Positions 20,279 to 28,461 of a stretch of 64,000 bases of DNA are shown here, piece by piece; position 1 is the first letter of the stretch; the number at the start of each line of letters is the position of its first letter. This DNA is from Candidatus Zambryskibacteria bacterium RIFOXYD1_FULL_40_13 (GTDB lineage: Bacteria; Patescibacteriota; Minisyncoccia; Phycocordibacterales; DATDWN01): positions 52,261 through 116,260 of the forward strand of contig MHWY01000008.1 in assembly GCA_001824295.1 (NCBI GenBank), given 5' to 3'. Position numbers and translations under genes: made by a program. Under the pieces are notes generated by a model. It made no database searches, was not told where the DNA came from, and saw only the letters and a program-made list of their open reading frames with translations.

Positions 20279-20701
20279 AAACCCTCTCAAAACCTGTTTT
20301 CTAAGACACGCATAAAGCCCTGTTGGGCTTTTGCTATGCTCGGAAATCAAGAAAATAATCTTCCTCAATGCTTTCCTTACAGGAACAGTACACCTTTCAC
20401 ACCTGATTATAGGTGTTCAAGGTTTTACGAAGTCGTAATACGACTTCTCACCCTTTCGCAAACTCGTCGCGGGTTACCGCTCCTCAAACAGTGCTTCGGG
20501 CTGGCGCATTTTGTCGTTATTTTCTAATTTCCTGTGCAATGTCTCAGAAAACAAGTTTTTCGTTCTAACGAGAATGAAATTTTTAGATTGTTTACACAAC
20601 TATTTTAATCCACAGTCAATATGTTGCTTTAAAAAAGCGTTGGTATATAATGTTCTTATAGTAGATAGTAAAAAATTATTAGGTAATTATTAAAATCAAA
20701 T

Positions 20702-20974
20702 ATGAATAAAGCATCAATCGTAGAGGCAGTGCACGAAAAACTTGGTGGCACAAAGGTCCAAGCAGAAGAGGTTGTTGATTTAGTTATTGATTCTATCGTT
20801 GGTACACTAAAGAAAGGTGGCGAAGTTTCAATCGCTGGTCTTGGAATCTTTTCAACAAAGACTCGAGCAGCAAGACAAGCTCGAAATCCACGAACAGGAG
20901 AGTCTATTTCTGTTCCATCAATGAAAGTTCCAAAGTTTCGTGCAGCAAAGGCTCTTAAAGAAGCTGTAAAATAG
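20702..20974 (+). CDS. hup: HU family DNA-binding protein
   Basis: MNKASIV...GLGIFS...RQARNPRTGESI...PKFRAAKALKEAV. Confidence 0.96.
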   Translation: MNKASIVEAVHEKLGGTKVQAEEVVDLVIDSIVGTLKKGGEVSIAGLGIFSTKTRAARQARNPRTGESISVPSMKVPKFRAAKALKEAVK

Positions 20975-21011
20975 TCGCTTGATTTAAATTTTTAAAAAAT
21001 TTTATTTGCGC

Positions 21012-21045
21012 AATCAAAAAACCACCTCTTGGTGGTTTTTTGATT
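21012..21045. terminator. Bidirectional terminator
   Basis: AATCAAAAAACCACC-TCTT-GGTGGTTTTTTGATT. Confidence 0.8.
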
Positions 21046-21063
21046 ATGTGTAGTTATATATAC

Positions 21064-21387
21064 TTAAACCAACCTAAACGATATTATTTTCACTAATGTA
21101 TCTAACGTAACCTTCTCACCATAATATTCTTTGTAGTGTTTGAGCATATCTTCTTTATCTATAAATTTTTCATGCCCAGTATAATCTTGCTCTGTAACGT
21201 CACCCAATTTCTTTTCTGTTACATTAAGAATTATAGCCTTTGCAAATTCTACTAATGTTTCCTTCACAATCAAAACGAGCTCATCACCTACCTGCAAATT
21301 TTTGTCGTCAAAAAGTCTCCAGGTTACTGTTTTTTCTCCTTTTAAAACAAGCTCGGCTAAATTACTTCTAAACTTAAGTGTTTTCAT
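21064..21387 (-). CDS. ASCH domain protein
   Basis: LVLKGEKTVTWR (GxKxxxxR) and LQVGD. Confidence 0.82.
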   Translation of the reverse strand: MKTLKFRSNLAELVLKGEKTVTWRLFDDKNLQVGDELVLIVKETLVEFAKAIILNVTEKKLGDVTEQDYTGHEKFIDKEDMLKHYKEYYGEKVTLDTLVKIISFRLV

Positions 21388-21388
21388 G

Positions 21389-21459
21389 TGCGGGATACCG
21401 GAGTCGAACCGGTCACCACAGTTTGGAAAACTGTTATTTTACCGATAAACTAATCCCGC
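21389..21459 (-). tRNA. tRNA-Gly(TCC)
   Basis: GCGGGAT..ATCCCGC acceptor; anticodon arm ACAGT-TTTCCAA-ACTGT; T-loop GGTTCGACTCC; CCA not encoded. Confidence 0.93.
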
Positions 21460-21515
21460 AATGAGATTATACTAGCAGAAAAAACACATGTAGGCAAAAA
21501 TGTTATAATTCACCC

Positions 21516-22628
21516 ATGCGCAACATAATAAGCATAATATTTATATTCTTTGCCTTGTTTATCTTCGGTATTAGCTATATACCCGAGACAATTGCACCAA
21601 CAAATACAAATGTAGAAGATACAGCAACAAGCACAGAGGAAATTCTCCAAAGTGAACCTACTGTAGATAAAATTGATACACCCACACCAATAAAAAACAC
21701 AACAAAAGAAACAAAACCAACCGTTTCTCAAAAATCAGAAGCGGTAATTCCAATAATCATCCCAGAAGTGATAGAACCGACCCCAGACTTTGAAAAAATA
21801 AACGTATTTGCTAGAGAAGCCACAGTAAATATTTTGTGTTCAACAAAAAATAGTGAATTCTCCCCTATTTCCGGCACGGGAATAGTTATAAGTGCCGACG
21901 GACTTATTATAACCAACGCCCATGTTGCCCAATATTTTTTACTCCGTGACCTATACCAGAAAGATTTTATTGAATGCATAGTACGCACAGGCAACCCAGC
22001 GTATCCGAGGTATAAAGTTGGGTTGGTTTATGTGTCGCCGACCTGGATAAAGTTGCACAAGTCGGAAATAACATCTCAAGACCCGCTTGGCACAGGTGAA
22101 TACGACTACGCACTCCTTCGTATTGTGGGCAGAATAGACGGCTCGCCCCTCTCACCGCTACCACACATACCAGTGAATACAAGCGAAGATATTACAACAA
22201 ACAAACCTGTAATATTAGTTTCGTATCCAGCTGGTTTCCTTGGTGGACTATCTATTCTTCAAGGATTAAACCAAGCAAGCGCGATTACAACCATTCAAGA
22301 TGTTTTCACATTCAAAGAAAATGTTGTTGATGTTATATCGGTTGGCGGAACGATTGTTTCCCAAAAGGGCTCGTCTGGGGGTGCTGTCGTGGATGGCAAA
22401 TCCTCTCTAATTGGTATTATTTCAACTAGCTCAAACGGAGATACGACAGGTAGTAGGGACCTGAACGCCATTACAATGGCTTATATAAATAGAAGTATAA
22501 AAATTGAATCTGGAATGAGTTTGGATGAACTCCTTTCTCAAAATATAGGTGCTTTTGCTACACTCTTTCAAGAAAACACCTCTCCCGAACTGACAAAAAT
22601 GCTTACTGATGAAATAACCAAAAAATAA
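21516..22628 (+). CDS. Membrane-anchored trypsin-like serine protease
   Basis: Catalytic-triad motifs TNAHV, DYALL, GSSGG; N-terminal TM followed by a T/P-rich linker. Confidence 0.88.
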   Translation: MRNIISIIFIFFALFIFGISYIPETIAPTNTNVEDTATSTEEILQSEPTVDKIDTPTPIKNTTKETKPTVSQKSEAVIPIIIPEVIEPTPDFEKINVFAREATVNILCSTKNSEFSPISGTGIVISADGLIITNAHVAQYFLLRDLYQKDFIECIVRTGNPAYPRYKVGLVYVSPTWIKLHKSEITSQDPLGTGEYDYALLRIVGRIDGSPLSPLPHIPVNTSEDITTNKPVILVSYPAGFLGGLSILQGLNQASAITTIQDVFTFKENVVDVISVGGTIVSQKGSSGGAVVDGKSSLIGIISTSSNGDTTGSRDLNAITMAYINRSIKIESGMSLDELLSQNIGAFATLFQENTSPELTKMLTDEITKK

Positions 22629-22632
22629 TAGA

Positions 22633-22935
22633 TTATTTAAAACTATTGTTAGCGCTTGTCTGCACAATAGCTTGAAAATTATCTCCCTTTCCCGTCTTGT
22701 TCGGTTTTTTCTGACCACATTTTTCACATTGATGAATAATGATATATTGCTTGCCTTTTTTCTCTATCATAACTGGCTTCATCATTCCTCCACAATTCCC
22801 TGCCCTGTCTCCAGGAAACACATCAACATGTTTGGACCACAAACACTCTGGGCAATGGTTTGTATACCCGTCACCCTTAATAGAGCATCCGCATTTCTCA
22901 CAAACAAAATCCTCAGTTTTACGAATAAATGTCAT
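22633..22935 (-). CDS. RNHCP domain protein
   Basis: FVCEKCG, TNHCPECLWSKHVDVFPGDR, CGGMM, HQCEKCG. Confidence 0.88.
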   Translation of the reverse strand: MTFIRKTEDFVCEKCGCSIKGDGYTNHCPECLWSKHVDVFPGDRAGNCGGMMKPVMIEKKGKQYIIIHQCEKCGQKKPNKTGKGDNFQAIVQTSANNSFK

Positions 22936-22955
22936 GTAAATAGTTTAAAACTCTG

Positions 22956-22988
22956 TCGGGGTGCCGGGATTCGAACTCGAAGTCGCCT
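22956..22988 (-). pseudogene. tRNA-Pro 3'-half fragment
   Basis: Minus strand AGGCGACTTCGAGTTCGAATCCCGGCACCCCGA, 2 mismatches to the 3' half of the adjacent tRNA-Pro. Confidence 0.8.
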
Positions 22989-23053
22989 AAATTTTTATTA
23001 AAAAATTTCCACAGATGCCCAACGGGCATCTGGAGGTTGTTTTCAACACTTCG

Positions 23054-23126
23054 TCGGGGTGTCGAGATTCGAACTCGAAGTCGCCTGTTCCCAAAACAGG
23101 AATGTTAGCCGTTACACCACACCCCG
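23054..23126 (-). tRNA. tRNA-Pro(TGG)
   Basis: CGGGGTG/CACCCCG acceptor; anticodon arm CCTGT-TTTGGGA-ACAGG; T arm TCGAG-TTCGAAT-CTCGA. Confidence 0.92.
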
Positions 23127-23146
23127 ACGAATTTTTTAAAACACCC

Positions 23147-23184
23147 TCCCCAAAAAGGAATGCTAGCCGTTACACTACACTCCG
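23147..23184 (-). pseudogene. tRNA-Pro 5'-half fragment (GGG-like anticodon loop)
   Basis: Minus strand CGGAGTGTAGTGTAACGGCTAGCATTCCTTTTTGGGGA, similar to the 5' half of the adjacent tRNA-Pro. Confidence 0.75.
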
Positions 23185-23243
23185 ATATTCAATAAAGTAA
23201 CCCAAACAGTCTAACATAAACAAACAAAATAACAAATTTATTT

Positions 23244-23870
23244 TTACCTTGGAGTTAGATAATACGTTGAAACTTCAATACAAATTACAACCAACAACCA
23301 CAAATATGAGACTGGGTTTGTTGCAATCAGCCACCACAAAACCGAGGTAATTATCATTGCCACAAGATGAATATGCTTAATACTTCTTTTCACTCCCAAA
23401 ACCACAGGAATCGTTCTAACCCCCTCTTTTCTGTCTTTTTCTGTGTCCCTTAAGTCCCCCACAAGATTTCTTATAGTAATCACTATTGCCACAAAATATG
23501 GAATAAGTGACGAATATCCAATTATTCCAGCAACTATAAAGAAATATTGTAAACCTCGGAACACAGGACTCAAAAAGGCTCGTTCCTTGGTTTTTCTTGT
23601 GTATAAATAGCTGAAGAATAGATAAAACAAACCTTCAATCTTCCCAAAATAAACCAGTCCAGTCAATGCTAAAACACAAACAACCACAACTGGTACCTTT
23701 GCCCTGTATGGATGAGCATGCCTATGCTCTAAATATGCCAGAAAGGCAAGATGCAAAACAACAGCCCCAAAAAGCTGGTGATATCCCGTGCCCACAACTA
23801 CGAGCAATAAAACCAAATCAGTCAATGAGTACAGCCTTATTTGCCCAAGATAATTTATAAATATCTTCAT
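23244..23870 (-). CDS. Polytopic membrane protein, UbiA-prenyltransferase-like
   Basis: Several TM helices; GDLRDTEKDRKEGVRTIPVVLG resembles the second UbiA Asp-rich motif; start set at MKIFINY (23870). Confidence 0.6.
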   Translation of the reverse strand: MKIFINYLGQIRLYSLTDLVLLLVVVGTGYHQLFGAVVLHLAFLAYLEHRHAHPYRAKVPVVVVCVLALTGLVYFGKIEGLFYLFFSYLYTRKTKERAFLSPVFRGLQYFFIVAGIIGYSSLIPYFVAIVITIRNLVGDLRDTEKDRKEGVRTIPVVLGVKRSIKHIHLVAMIITSVLWWLIATNPVSYLWLLVVICIEVSTYYLTPR

Positions 23871-23877
23871 GTATAGA

Positions 23878-24291
23878 TTAAAGCACAACATCCTCCAAAA
23901 CTGAAACCTTGAGCAACCTCCCTTCTCGGTCAAGATAGACAGTAACCACATCAAATTGCCAGTCTATATCATCCGAAATATCCTTTTCCAATAGGTACGA
24001 CTGAATCGCCCTTCCCAGCCTCTGAAGCTTCCACGGATGCATATTATCTTCTGGTCTATAAATATCACCGGAAACAGCGCCCGACGTTACATGTGTAACA
24101 CTTTTAACCTCAACAAAATGAAGCAACTTACCCTTTCTGACCACAATGTCTATTTCTCCCCATTTTCTTAGGTAATTTCTACAGACATTAGTGTAACCAT
24201 TTTTGGTTAGATAGTCACAGGCATAATCCTCCCCTATTTTGCCAATTTTTTGTTTTTCGGTTGGCTCTTTTCTCTCTCTTTTGCCAAACAT
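23878..24291 (-). CDS. yraN: YraN family endonuclease
   Basis: GKIGEDYA, NYLRKWGEIDIV, FVEVKS, QFDVV. Confidence 0.92.
   Translation of the reverse strand: MFGKRERKEPTEKQKIGKIGEDYACDYLTKNGYTNVCRNYLRKWGEIDIVVRKGKLLHFVEVKSVTHVTSGAVSGDIYRPEDNMHPWKLQRLGRAIQSYLLEKDISDDIDWQFDVVTVYLDREGRLLKVSVLEDVVL
24085..24100. promoter_or_regulatory. parS-like palindrome inside yraN
   Basis: CGTTACATGTGTAACA versus consensus TGTTTCACGTGAAACA. Confidence 0.6.
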
Positions 24292-24318
24292 CTGTAAATT
24301 GTACGCTATTTCTGCATT

Positions 24319-24358
24319 TGTTTCATGTAAAACATATAACCCAGTTTCACGTGAAACG
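24319..24358. promoter_or_regulatory. Two intergenic parS-like sites
   Basis: TGTTTCATGTAAAACA (24319-24334) and AGTTTCACGTGAAACG (24343-24358, perfect 14-bp core). Confidence 0.8.
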
Positions 24359-24506
24359 TTACCTGCTTTTTATTAGAAACAGACACTTTTTGGACATGTC
24401 GTATTGATTGTGTCTATATTATAAGCCGTTTTTCTAAATAGACTAGTAACGGCCAGTAAATCAGACACGAGTTAAAGACCTGTCTTTAATACACATGTCC
24501 CCAGAC

Positions 24507-24515
24507 TTATCCACA
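24507..24515 (+). promoter_or_regulatory. DnaA box
   Basis: Perfect TTATCCACA in an AT-rich intergenic region beside the parS-like sites. Confidence 0.55.
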
Positions 24516-24605
24516 GTTGTGACCTATTTTAACTGTTTATTGCTTGTATATATTATCCCTTTTGTTTTTTTGAGTTATAGTATATGATTATTTTGTGTTT
24601 AAAAT

Positions 24606-24676
24606 GCGGGTATGGTTTAGTGGTAGAACACGTCCTTGCCAAGGACGAGATTCGGGTTCGATTCCCGGTACCCGCA
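24606..24676 (+). tRNA. tRNA-Gly(GCC)
   Basis: GCGGGTA/TACCCGC acceptor; CGTCC-TTGCCAA-GGACG; GGTTCGATTCC. Confidence 0.95.
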
Positions 24677-24849
24677 CAAAAAATACTTGTCTTTTTTGTG
24701 CGGGTAGTGCAAAGCATGCTTTGCACAGGGAATCGAAAAGCGGAGCGGGCACCTAGTCAGCAGACTGGGTCGCGAGCTGCGGACACGACTTTTCCGAGCG
24801 ACGGCGAGGAAAAAGTCGCGGAAGATTCCCGGTATTCTTAAGTATTCTG

Positions 24850-24921
24850 TGCACCCGGAGGGACTCGAACCCCCAAAAACAGCTTCGAAGGCTGGCATGA
24901 TATCCATTTCATCACGGGTGC
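24850..24921 (-). tRNA. tRNA-Arg(TCG)
   Basis: GCACCCG/CGGGTGC acceptor; CAGC-CTTCGAA-GCTG; GGTTCGAGTCC. Confidence 0.92.
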
Positions 24922-24995
24922 TTTATGTCGCTTAATTATATATTTTATTGGGACATGTTGCAATTGAATTCGAATATTGTTAAAATATTCGAAGT

Positions 24996-25454
24996 ATGAC
25001 AACTATAATATGTAGCAAATGTAAGATACTTAAGCCAATTGAGGATTTTAATTTTAAAATAAAATCAAAGGGAATTTATCAGCGTCAGTGTAAAATCTGT
25101 ACGAGAACAAACATTAGAAACCACTATATCAAGAATAAAAAATATTATCTAAATAAGGCACAGAAAAGAAACTTGGGGCTGAGAACAGAAATAAACAAGT
25201 ATATATTAGACTATTTTAAGAATCATCATTGTATAGACTGTGGTGAATCAGATCCAGTGGTGTTAGAATTTGATCATAGAGATAGGTCAGAAAAAGACGC
25301 GCATGTATCAGGTTTTCTTAGGGCAATGAGATTAGATATGGTCAAAAGTGAAATTGAAAAATGTGATGTGCGTTGTGCTAATTGTCACAGGAAGAGGACA
25401 GCAAAGCAATTTCATTGGTTTAAGTTGATAAATACGAAAAATGAAAACATTTAA
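24996..25454 (+). CDS. HNH endonuclease-like protein with N-terminal zinc finger
   Basis: CSKC..CKIC N-terminus; CIDCGESDPVVLEFDH...CDVRCANCHRKRT HNH-type core. Confidence 0.82.
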   Translation: MTTIICSKCKILKPIEDFNFKIKSKGIYQRQCKICTRTNIRNHYIKNKKYYLNKAQKRNLGLRTEINKYILDYFKNHHCIDCGESDPVVLEFDHRDRSEKDAHVSGFLRAMRLDMVKSEIEKCDVRCANCHRKRTAKQFHWFKLINTKNENI

Positions 25455-26910
25455 CATTCCTAAAGAGGTTACACGTGTAACAGGTGAGCTTGAGAAGGCT
25501 GGCTTTGAGGCTTTTCTTGTGGGTGGATGCGTAAGAGACCTTGTGTTGGGGAGAGTGCCAAAGGACTGGGATGTTACAACCAATGCGGTGCCAGAAGAGA
25601 TAATTGCCTTATTTAGCAAGACATTTTATGAAAACACCTTTGGAACAGTTGGGGTTGTAAACGAAGAGTGTGAAGACGAAAGTCTAAAGGTTGTCGAGGT
25701 TACTCCGTATAGAATAGAAGGGAACTACACCGACAATAGACATCCGGATAATGTTGTTTTTAGCCAAAAACTAGAGGATGACTTAAAAAGACGGGATTTT
25801 ACCATGAATTCCTTGGCCTACTCTGTTTCACGAGAAACAATCACCGACTTGTACGACGGGGAAAAAGATATAAAAGACAAGGTTATTCGAACAGTAGGGA
25901 ATCCAGTGGACCGTTTCACAGAGGATGGTTTGCGTATGTTGCGTGCAATAAGACTAAGTGCTGAACTCTCTTTTGAAATAGAGCCGGAAACAGAGAAAGC
26001 TATATTTGAAAACACGGATTTACTTAAAAACATATCCCTAGAGCGTATTAGAGATGAATTTACAAAGGTGATTATGTCAGACAGGCCCATGGATGGCTTG
26101 CTGGCTATGAAAAAACTTGGGGTAATGAAATATGTAGTACCAGAACTTGAAGGCACTTACGGAGTTGAGCAAAATAGGGCCCATTCCTACGATGTTTGGG
26201 AGCATCTAATACGGTCAGTCCAGCATTCTGCTGATAAAAAATACCCACTAGAAGTCCGTTTGAGCGCCTTGTTTCACGACATTTCCAAACCTGAGTCTCG
26301 TAGGTGGGGGAAAGAGCAAGACACATGGACATTTTATGGCCATGAAGTGCTTGGAGCAAGAACAACCAGGAAAATACTGACAAACCTTCGATATCCGACA
26401 AAAACAATAGAAAAAACAGTAACACTAGTTAGGTGGCACATGTTCTTCTCTGATACAGAGCAGATTACGCTCTCTGCGGTCCGTAGGATGATTGTAAATG
26501 TTGGACGGGAGAATATATGGGATTTGATGGATATGCGCATATGCGACCGTATAGGCACTGGTAGGCCCAAGGAAGACCCATACCGCCTCCGCAAATATCA
26601 CGCCATGATAGATGAAGCCCTGCGTGACCCTATCTCAGTTGCTATGCTTAAGATTGATGGCAAAAGATTGATGGATGTTACACATGTAACACCGGGACCG
26701 AAGATTGGTTTCACATTACACGCACTCCTTGAGGAGGTTTTAGACGACCCAACAAAAAATGCTCTGGAATATTTGGAAAACCGTGCAAAAGAGCTTATTT
26801 TACTTCCAGAAAACGAGCTACAAAGTCTTGGGGAGCAAGGAAAAATGACAAAAGAAGAGGCTGATGAGGAAGAAATCAAAAAAATACGTGGTAAACATTG
26901 GGTGAAATAG
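25441..26910 (+). CDS. cca: CCA tRNA nucleotidyltransferase (class II, with HD domain)
   Basis: VGGCVRD, KDWDVTT, DLKRRDFTMN, EDGLRMLRAIR, SLERIRDEF, LFHDISK. Confidence 0.93.
   Translation: MKTFNIPKEVTRVTGELEKAGFEAFLVGGCVRDLVLGRVPKDWDVTTNAVPEEIIALFSKTFYENTFGTVGVVNEECEDESLKVVEVTPYRIEGNYTDNRHPDNVVFSQKLEDDLKRRDFTMNSLAYSVSRETITDLYDGEKDIKDKVIRTVGNPVDRFTEDGLRMLRAIRLSAELSFEIEPETEKAIFENTDLLKNISLERIRDEFTKVIMSDRPMDGLLAMKKLGVMKYVVPELEGTYGVEQNRAHSYDVWEHLIRSVQHSADKKYPLEVRLSALFHDISKPESRRWGKEQDTWTFYGHEVLGARTTRKILTNLRYPTKTIEKTVTLVRWHMFFSDTEQITLSAVRRMIVNVGRENIWDLMDMRICDRIGTGRPKEDPYRLRKYHAMIDEALRDPISVAMLKIDGKRLMDVTHVTPGPKIGFTLHALLEEVLDDPTKNALEYLENRAKELILLPENELQSLGEQGKMTKEEADEEEIKKIRGKHWVK
25467..25482. promoter_or_regulatory. 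parS-like palindrome inside cca
   Basis: GGTTACACGTGTAACA. Confidence 0.65.
25824..25839. promoter_or_regulatory. parS-like palindrome inside cca
   Basis: TGTTTCACGAGAAACA, one mismatch to consensus; encodes VSRET. Confidence 0.75.
26676..26691. promoter_or_regulatory. parS-like palindrome inside cca
   Basis: TGTTACACATGTAACA. Confidence 0.65.
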
Positions 26911-27020
26911 GAATACGAATATACGAATAATGCGAATCAACGAATGGCTACGAATATGGAGCTGGTATTTTGCATTTATTCGTATACATTCGCATATTCG
27001 TATTGTTTTTCATTCGCATA
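26911..27020. repeat. Inverted array of CGAAT / ATTCG short repeats
   Basis: Five CGAAT units followed by four ATTCG units; same layout as 48096-48201. Confidence 0.8.
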
Positions 27021-27440
27021 TATAAAAAACCGCCCAATAATGGGGGTCCGTGGCTAGCACAGGCACTCATGATTGGGCGGTTGGGGAGAAGAGTCATCCA
27101 GCTATCCAAATAAGCCAGTTACAATAACGAAGCTCAAAAAATAGTAGATAGTGTAGGATCGTTTAAGGCTGAGCCTACTGAAAACCAAATGACCTTCTAA
27201 AGAGGGGGACTCGGCCGAGTCCCAAATATATACGAAACGCATTTCGCGACAAGGAACAAATGTAAAAATTCCACCCGACAGACTTCACAATCTATCGGAC
27301 ATCCAATTTACGTCTGAAATAAGTTTATATTTTTTTCAAAGACATGTAAAGGACATATCTAAACAAAAAGTGGATAACTCTGGACATGCTTGGTAAAAAC
27401 AACTTATAATATATGTATTATTAAATAATAAATTAAAATT

Positions 27441-27644
27441 ATGCGAGGATTACACAAGTTGACATTTTTACTTATTTTAATCGGAGGCCTAAACTGGGGA
27501 CTTGAACTCTTTGGTTTGGCTCTTGGTTCTTGGGGATTACCAGAAATGCTTGTTAAAATAGTATATGCTCTGGTTGCCCTATCAGCTATTTATGAAATAT
27601 TTGCACACAAGAGTATGTGCAAATCTTGTGAGGCAGGCCAGTAA
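27441..27644 (+). CDS. DUF378 family small membrane protein
   Basis: LILIGGLNWGL...IVYALVALSAIY. Confidence 0.88.
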   Translation: MRGLHKLTFLLILIGGLNWGLELFGLALGSWGLPEMLVKIVYALVALSAIYEIFAHKSMCKSCEAGQ

Positions 27645-27841
27645 ACCAATAAAGTTTGAGAAAATAAAAAGCGCCACTGTCTAGTTGCGGTTTTTATTTT
27701 ATTCCAAACAATTGGATAAGTGCTGTTGTTTGGATAAATTGGACACGAAAAACCCCCACTTGCGTACAAGTGGGGGGCTACCCTTGACCTCCAGGGTGAG
27801 GAGCTCTCTTTACGGCAAGAGCACGAATCCATTTCTGTGTG

Positions 27842-28258
27842 TCAGTCAGCGAGCTGACACTGACAAAGAACCTCTTCCCAAGTATCGCCATAGGGTTTGG
27901 GGCTATCGAACCTTCGAGGTAGATCTAGGAAAAAATACCTGTTAGAAGGCCGTACTGCCTTCAGTGCCTCGACGAGATCAACAACCACATGGCTCGCTGG
28001 GTGGTTTGAGTCCATTGACACCACCACATTCCTTACCCTGCCAAAAGCAGCAGTGATAAGTGCAACACCATCGGGCCACTGACTGAAAGATGGCAAAACA
28101 TCAACCATCATCAAGTCAAATCTTTCCGACTTGAGGTCTCTTAACGCCGACTCGTACGTGCCATCGACCGTCACTTCATGTGCTGGCCACAGAGAGAGAT
28201 TTCTGAGTGTGTTCAGAACCTCACCAAACGGACTCGCAACAAAAATTAGGACCTTCAT
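27842..28258 (-). CDS. Degenerate response-regulator receiver-like protein, GC-richer islet
   Basis: MKVLIF..., FDLMMVD resembles REC beta3; SD GGGAG; promoter TTGACA-N17-TATCCT at 28367-28339; terminator at 27748-27778. Confidence 0.55.
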   Translation of the reverse strand: MKVLIFVASPFGEVLNTLRNLSLWPAHEVTVDGTYESALRDLKSERFDLMMVDVLPSFSQWPDGVALITAAFGRVRNVVVSMDSNHPASHVVVDLVEALKAVRPSNRYFFLDLPRRFDSPKPYGDTWEEVLCQCQLAD

Positions 28259-28461
28259 GGTATTCTCCCTTTCAAGAAACTGTTTACGAGACATCCCCCT
28301 TCCAGAATGGAAAGGGGTGGTGTTCGTAATCTGACATAAGGATAGCATGTGTTGATTTATATGTCAAGTGTTTATTACAAAAATGTGTTGTTAATCAAGG
28401 GTTAAATCTTTTTTGTGGGGTAAGTTTGACACAAATATATCTTTGGAATATAATGGTTTGT

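Noticed and set aside
24584-24907. ORFs overlapping tRNA-Gly and tRNA-Arg
   Set aside because: Spurious translations of tRNA genes and the intervening repeat
9500-27378. Isolated DnaA-box-like 9-mers (9500, ~20605, 27370) as additional origins
   Set aside because: Single or mismatched boxes with no clustering or parS context; expected by chance or as promoter-associated sites
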